Origin: Ignavibacteria bacterium
Lineage (GTDB): Bacteria; Bacteroidota; Ignavibacteria; Kapaibacteriales; UBA961
NCBI GenBank assembly: GCA_016873735.1
Contig: VGWD01000011.1
Coordinates: 51 to 64,050, forward strand
Reading direction: 5' to 3'
DNA: 64,000 nt
Below are positions 59,837 through 64,000 of this stretch, piece by piece; within the stretch, counting starts at the first letter, position 1; each line of letters starts with the position of its first letter. A model generated the notes under the pieces. It worked only from the letters and a program-made list of their open reading frames with translations, did not search any database and was not told the DNA's origin. Position numbers and translations under genes: made by a program.

Positions 59837-60163
59837 ATGGAATTGCCCATGAAATTCTGCCAAGTGTGCACAAGTCTCTCGGACATTGACAAGGCAACCG
59901 AGATGGCTCGTGAATCAATAAACCATAAGCTCGCCTTTTGTTGCTGGATACGTCCAAAGCATATGGCCATGTATCCTTGGAAAGGTGAATTATGTGAGGA
60001 ATCTGAATATGAGGTTGTGTTCAAGACAAATAATGTGAACTTAGAGCAATTGACAGCTTTGATACGGGGCATGCATCCTTATGAAACCCCTTATATCGCA
60101 AGTTTTCATGGGGATATATTGCATGTTGGCTATGCGCAGTGGGCGGAGACTATTGTTACATAA
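59837..60163 (+). CDS. cutA: Divalent-cation tolerance protein CutA
   Basis: CutA1 signature (LAFCCWIRP...YPWKGE...HPYETPYI). 108 aa. Confidence 0.8.
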   Translation: MELPMKFCQVCTSLSDIDKATEMARESINHKLAFCCWIRPKHMAMYPWKGELCEESEYEVVFKTNNVNLEQLTALIRGMHPYETPYIASFHGDILHVGYAQWAETIVT

Positions 60164-60173
60164 GGGGGAATTC

Positions 60174-60914
60174 ATGGAACGGAGTACAGGCAAGAATCAG
60201 GGGGTGCCGATGATATCGGATAACATACGCGCGGCGAAGTCCATTCGAGAATGGAGAGAAGATGAAAGGCCAAGAGAACGAATGTTGCGATTCGGATCAA
60301 GTTGTTTGAGTGACAGCGAATTATTGGCAATTTTGATTGGGACGGGATCGCATGGTTCTTCTGCTTTGGACATTGGAAGAAGCATGCTTGACGCATATGG
60401 ATCCATACAAGATTTGGGATCTCGAACGGTGCAGGAATTATGCGGTGTAAAGGGAATGGGGATGGCAAAAGCCATTGGAATAGCTGCTGCATTTGAGCTC
60501 AGCAGACGATATCAGCAGGAGGCATTCAATCCGGCAATGATATTGCAATCTCCGGACGATGTGGCGAAGTATTTCATACCGAGAATGCGGGGTGCGCGAA
60601 CCGAGAGTTTTTACATTGCATTATTAAATAGTTCAAACATTGTATTTTCAACAAAGAAAATCAGTGAGGGCTCATTAAATTCGAGCATCGTTCATCCTCG
60701 AGAGGTCTTTCGAGTGGCGATCATAGAGAGTGCTGCATCCATCATTGCTTTGCACAATCATCCCTCGGGAAACACCGAGCCGAGCAATGAAGATATATCG
60801 CTTACGGAACAATTGCGTCAGGTTGGAACAATGATGCATATTCCATTGCTAGATCATCTTATCATTGCAGGAGATTCATTCACCAGTTTGCGCGAACGCG
60901 GATATTTTCCTTAG
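60174..60914 (+). CDS. radC: RadC-family JAMM protein (DNA repair protein RadC homologue)
   Basis: HhH region and JAMM motif HNHPSG...EPS. GGGGG-type RBS at 60162-60170. Confidence 0.85.
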   Translation: MERSTGKNQGVPMISDNIRAAKSIREWREDERPRERMLRFGSSCLSDSELLAILIGTGSHGSSALDIGRSMLDAYGSIQDLGSRTVQELCGVKGMGMAKAIGIAAAFELSRRYQQEAFNPAMILQSPDDVAKYFIPRMRGARTESFYIALLNSSNIVFSTKKISEGSLNSSIVHPREVFRVAIIESAASIIALHNHPSGNTEPSNEDISLTEQLRQVGTMMHIPLLDHLIIAGDSFTSLRERGYFP

Positions 60915-60922
60915 GAAAGAAG

Positions 60923-61501
60923 ATGGGATTTTCAATCATCGAAACATATTTTGATGCAATCATTCTCATTCAAGCAGATGTCTATGAAGATGAGCGAGGA
61001 ATATTCATGGAGAGTTATCAACGTGAAGCATTTCGAGCATTGGGAATAGATGAAGAATTTGTTCAGGAGAATCATTCAGTTTCCGCATTGGGAGTAATTC
61101 GGGGCATGCATTTTCAATGGGACAAGCCAATGGGTAAATTGCTTCGCGTCACTTCGGGAAGGGCTCATGTGAAAGAAATTGATATAAGAAAGAATTCACC
61201 GACATTGGGTCAATCCATGCATGTGGAATTACGTGCAAGTGAACCACATTTACTCTGGGTCCCCCCCGGTTTTGCCAATGGATTTATGTCCATGGAACAT
61301 GGAACAGAGATGGTCTATAAATGTTCGGCGAAATATAATCCAAGGGCGGAGTCGTGCATAGCTTGGAATGATCCGGCTTTGGCTTTGGAATGGCCTGTTC
61401 ATGAGATAGACACTGAGCCGATTCTATCAATTAAAGACATACAAGCACAAACACTAGCGGAATGGCTGCAAAGACCCGATTCATCAGCATTCAAGGTATG
61501 A
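60923..61501 (+). CDS. rfbC: dTDP-4-dehydrorhamnose 3,5-epimerase
   Basis: RmlC cupin motifs (DERGIFMESY, RGMHFQ). 192 aa. Confidence 0.85.
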   Translation: MGFSIIETYFDAIILIQADVYEDERGIFMESYQREAFRALGIDEEFVQENHSVSALGVIRGMHFQWDKPMGKLLRVTSGRAHVKEIDIRKNSPTLGQSMHVELRASEPHLLWVPPGFANGFMSMEHGTEMVYKCSAKYNPRAESCIAWNDPALALEWPVHEIDTEPILSIKDIQAQTLAEWLQRPDSSAFKV

Positions 61502-61577
61502 CTCAGGACATCCCGAAATTCCTTTTTGCAAATCTCCCCAAATTCCCTATTTTCGCCATCTATTCTTTACTGAATAA

Positions 61578-61650
<73 letters not shown>

Positions 61651-61658
61651 CGACAAAA

Positions 61659-61697
61659 GCAAAGGCATCCCATTGGGATGCCTTTTGTGTTTTGTGG
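61659..61697 (+). terminator. Rho-independent terminator after tRNA-Phe
   Basis: AAAGGCATCCC-ATTG-GGATGCCTTT followed by a T-rich tract. Confidence 0.7.
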
Positions 61698-62110
61698 TAT
61701 GTGATAGAAAAAACAGAAACATGAATTGAGTTATGCTTAAGCAGATTCATATTATGGCTCTATTTGATAGATATCTCCTTATTTCTATCTTTTTATCAAA
61801 AACAAGGAGTAATCACCTCATTTTCACATAAAATCACTCATTTCCCTGTTCATTTACTCAATCTCTTTTCTTATTTTGTCTTCCAACAACTCCTTGCCTG
61901 TCACCATGTTCGAAGCAGCATTCGATCATTCAAGGAAATTCATAAGCTCTTGATGAAGTAGATTTGATGATTTGCATCCAATCTTCAATTTCATTGAGTA
62001 TACATTCAGGACAGGCATATGCTTTTACAGCACAGCCACAATCTAATCCAATCTACAAGTCTGTTCTTTCAGAACATTCATTCAATTTTACTCACAAGCG
62101 GAGAGCATGT

Positions 62111-64000
62111 ATGAAGTATTTCGTACGAGTTTGTTCCATGTTGTGTTTTTTGGTAGTGACTTCCGTCACGGCCATTGCACAAGGTGTCCTTAGCGGACAA
62201 ATCGCAGGGCCTGATGGCCAGCCGGTACCGGGCGTTGCAGTTAAGCTCACAAAAGGCAATGCAAGCAAAGGTGGATTTTCCGATTCAAGAGGTCGCTACT
62301 CAATCAAGAATTTGGAAAATGGAAATTATGGTGTTTCATTTAGTTGTGTCGGCTATGAAAAGCAAGATGCAACTGTAAATGTTTCCGGTGCAACTACACT
62401 CAATGCGAAGCTAAAAGAAACTTCTATTGACATGGATGTGACTGTTATTACTGCATCACGCGTTCAACAAAAAGCTTCGGAAGCTCCTGCATCAGTTTCC
62501 GTGATTGAGCCAAGGGCTATCCGTGAAGCGCCAAAGAATACGCCGGTTGAGCATTTGCGTGGTATCACCGGTGTTGACTATTCACAAACAGGTATTGCTC
62601 AGCAAAGCGTGAGTGTTCGTGGATTCAACAATGTGTTCACGGGTGCTTTGCAAACATTGACAGATTATCGTCTTTCAGGAGTTCCAAGTTTACGCGTGAA
62701 TGTCGGCTACTTTATTCCTGCTTCAAATGAAGACATCGAGCGTATTGAATTGGTACGTGGTCCGGCATCTGCATTGTATGGTCCGAATGCTGCACAAGGT
62801 GTTTTGAATATCATCACTCGTTCCCCATTTGCTTCACAAGGTACTACTGTATTTCTCGCAGGCGGTCTGCAGAATCTCATGAATATGGGTATTCGTCATG
62901 CAGGTACATTGAGTGATGATTTTGGATATAAAATTTCAGGACAATATTTCTCTGCCAATGACTGGGCATTCGAAGATCCCGTTGAAGCAGCGAATCGTAC
63001 CGCCGCATTGAAGCCGGGTGTGGATCCTGATACATTGAAAATCGGAAATCGCAAGAATACACATGAACGCTTCAATGTAGATGCAGGTGTGTATTATAAT
63101 TTGGGTGAGAATACCATGTTTCAATTGAATACAGGTGTTTCTCAATCACTCAATACAATTGAAATGACAGGTCTTGGGGCTGCACTTGGTAGAGACTGGA
63201 GATATTCCTATGTGAATGCACAGCTCACATCCGATGATTTATTCGCTCAAGTTTTTTACAATATGAGTGATGCCGGTCAAACATATTTCCTTCGTACAGG
63301 TAATCCGATTGTCGACAAATCAACATTGCTTGGTGCTCGCTTACAGCATGCTTATAAACTCAATGATGATATTCGCTTCACCTATGGCGCCGATTTCTTC
63401 TCAACAAATCCCGTCACGGAAGGAACAATCAATGGCGTGAATGAAGACAATGATGCATATACAGAAATGGGCGCATATCTTCAGGCAGATGTGAAGCTTA
63501 TGAAAAATTTGTCATTCCTTGGCGCTGTTCGTGGTGACAGACATTCCATCATCGATGAATTGGTATTGTCTCCACGTGTTGCAATGATGTACAAACTTGA
63601 TGAGAATTCAACAGTACGCGCAACATTCAATCAAGCATTTAGCAATCCCGGAACAAATGACTTGTTCTTGGACTTGCTCTCAACAAAAGATGCATTTGGT
63701 TTAAGTGCTGCAAATCCGGCATTCGCAGTTGGTGTATGGGGTGCTTCAGCGGGTAGAAATGGATATACATATAATCGTGATGGTGGCGTCCTACGCTATA
63801 TCTCACAATTCGATCCATCAAGAGCTAATTGGATGCCAACAACCAATGTTGCAAATATGTGGCAAACAGTGACAGCAGTGATCACAGCAAATCCTGCTCT
63901 CGCTCCTCTCAAGGCATTGCTTACTTCACTAATACCTGCTCCGACTTCAATTGGTGGTTCAATCGCAGCATTGAATCCAACAACAAGACAATTTATACCA
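62111..64000 (+). CDS. TonB-dependent receptor (N-terminal carboxypeptidase-regulatory-like domain + plug), 5' partial; runs off window
   Basis: Open frame from ATG 62111 to the window end. Signal peptide, CarbopepD_reg-like (GQIAGPDGQPVPGVAVKL...GNYGVSFSCVGYE), plug motifs (VTVITASR...PASVSVIE...RGFN). Not in the ORF track because it lacks an in-window stop. Confidence 0.8.
   Translation, partial: MKYFVRVCSMLCFLVVTSVTAIAQGVLSGQIAGPDGQPVPGVAVKLTKGNASKGGFSDSRGRYSIKNLENGNYGVSFSCVGYEKQDATVNVSGATTLNAKLKETSIDMDVTVITASRVQQKASEAPASVSVIEPRAIREAPKNTPVEHLRGITGVDYSQTGIAQQSVSVRGFNNVFTGALQTLTDYRLSGVPSLRVNVGYFIPASNEDIERIELVRGPASALYGPNAAQGVLNIITRSPFASQGTTVFLAGGLQNLMNMGIRHAGTLSDDFGYKISGQYFSANDWAFEDPVEAANRTAALKPGVDPDTLKIGNRKNTHERFNVDAGVYYNLGENTMFQLNTGVSQSLNTIEMTGLGAALGRDWRYSYVNAQLTSDDLFAQVFYNMSDAGQTYFLRTGNPIVDKSTLLGARLQHAYKLNDDIRFTYGADFFSTNPVTEGTINGVNEDNDAYTEMGAYLQADVKLMKNLSFLGAVRGDRHSIIDELVLSPRVAMMYKLDENSTVRATFNQAFSNPGTNDLFLDLLSTKDAFGLSAANPAFAVGVWGASAGRNGYTYNRDGGVLRYISQFDPSRANWMPTTNVANMWQTVTAVITANPALAPLKALLTSLIPAPTSIGGSIAALNPTTRQFIP

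Overview
The T9SS C-terminal sorting domains (35626-36096, 55874-59503) and the overall low GC content point to a Bacteroidota/FCB-group-like bacterium. Most of the window is housekeeping and is confidently assignable: desaturase, glmS, pgk, rhomboid, ispG, purM, rplS, ald, a ccmCDE cluster, tsaD, mutS2, uvrA, gyrB-family, clpC, kbl, folBK, cutA-radC-rfbC, and tRNA-Phe. No transposase, integrase, reverse transcriptase, CRISPR array or recognisable defence genes are visible. The most unusual structure is at the 5' end: an AT-rich, likely foreign ORF (799-1872, membrane-anchored, YARHG-like tail) is bracketed by GC-rich imperfect inverted-repeat arms (89-360 and about 1950-2165) that contain tandem 31-bp subrepeats and a conserved small hairpin. 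Other oddities are: a System-I cytochrome c maturation fragment with a CxxxY-type CcmE plus a truncated His-rich CcmE paralog; a cytochrome b homologue with Tyr in place of one heme-ligand His; an orphan TAT-Rieske protein translationally coupled to an amino-acid permease; a signal-peptide-bearing Xaa-Pro aminopeptidase operon; and several atypical translational couplings and fusions. Starts of several CDSs are uncertain (the ORF track often begins at an upstream non-ATG codon).
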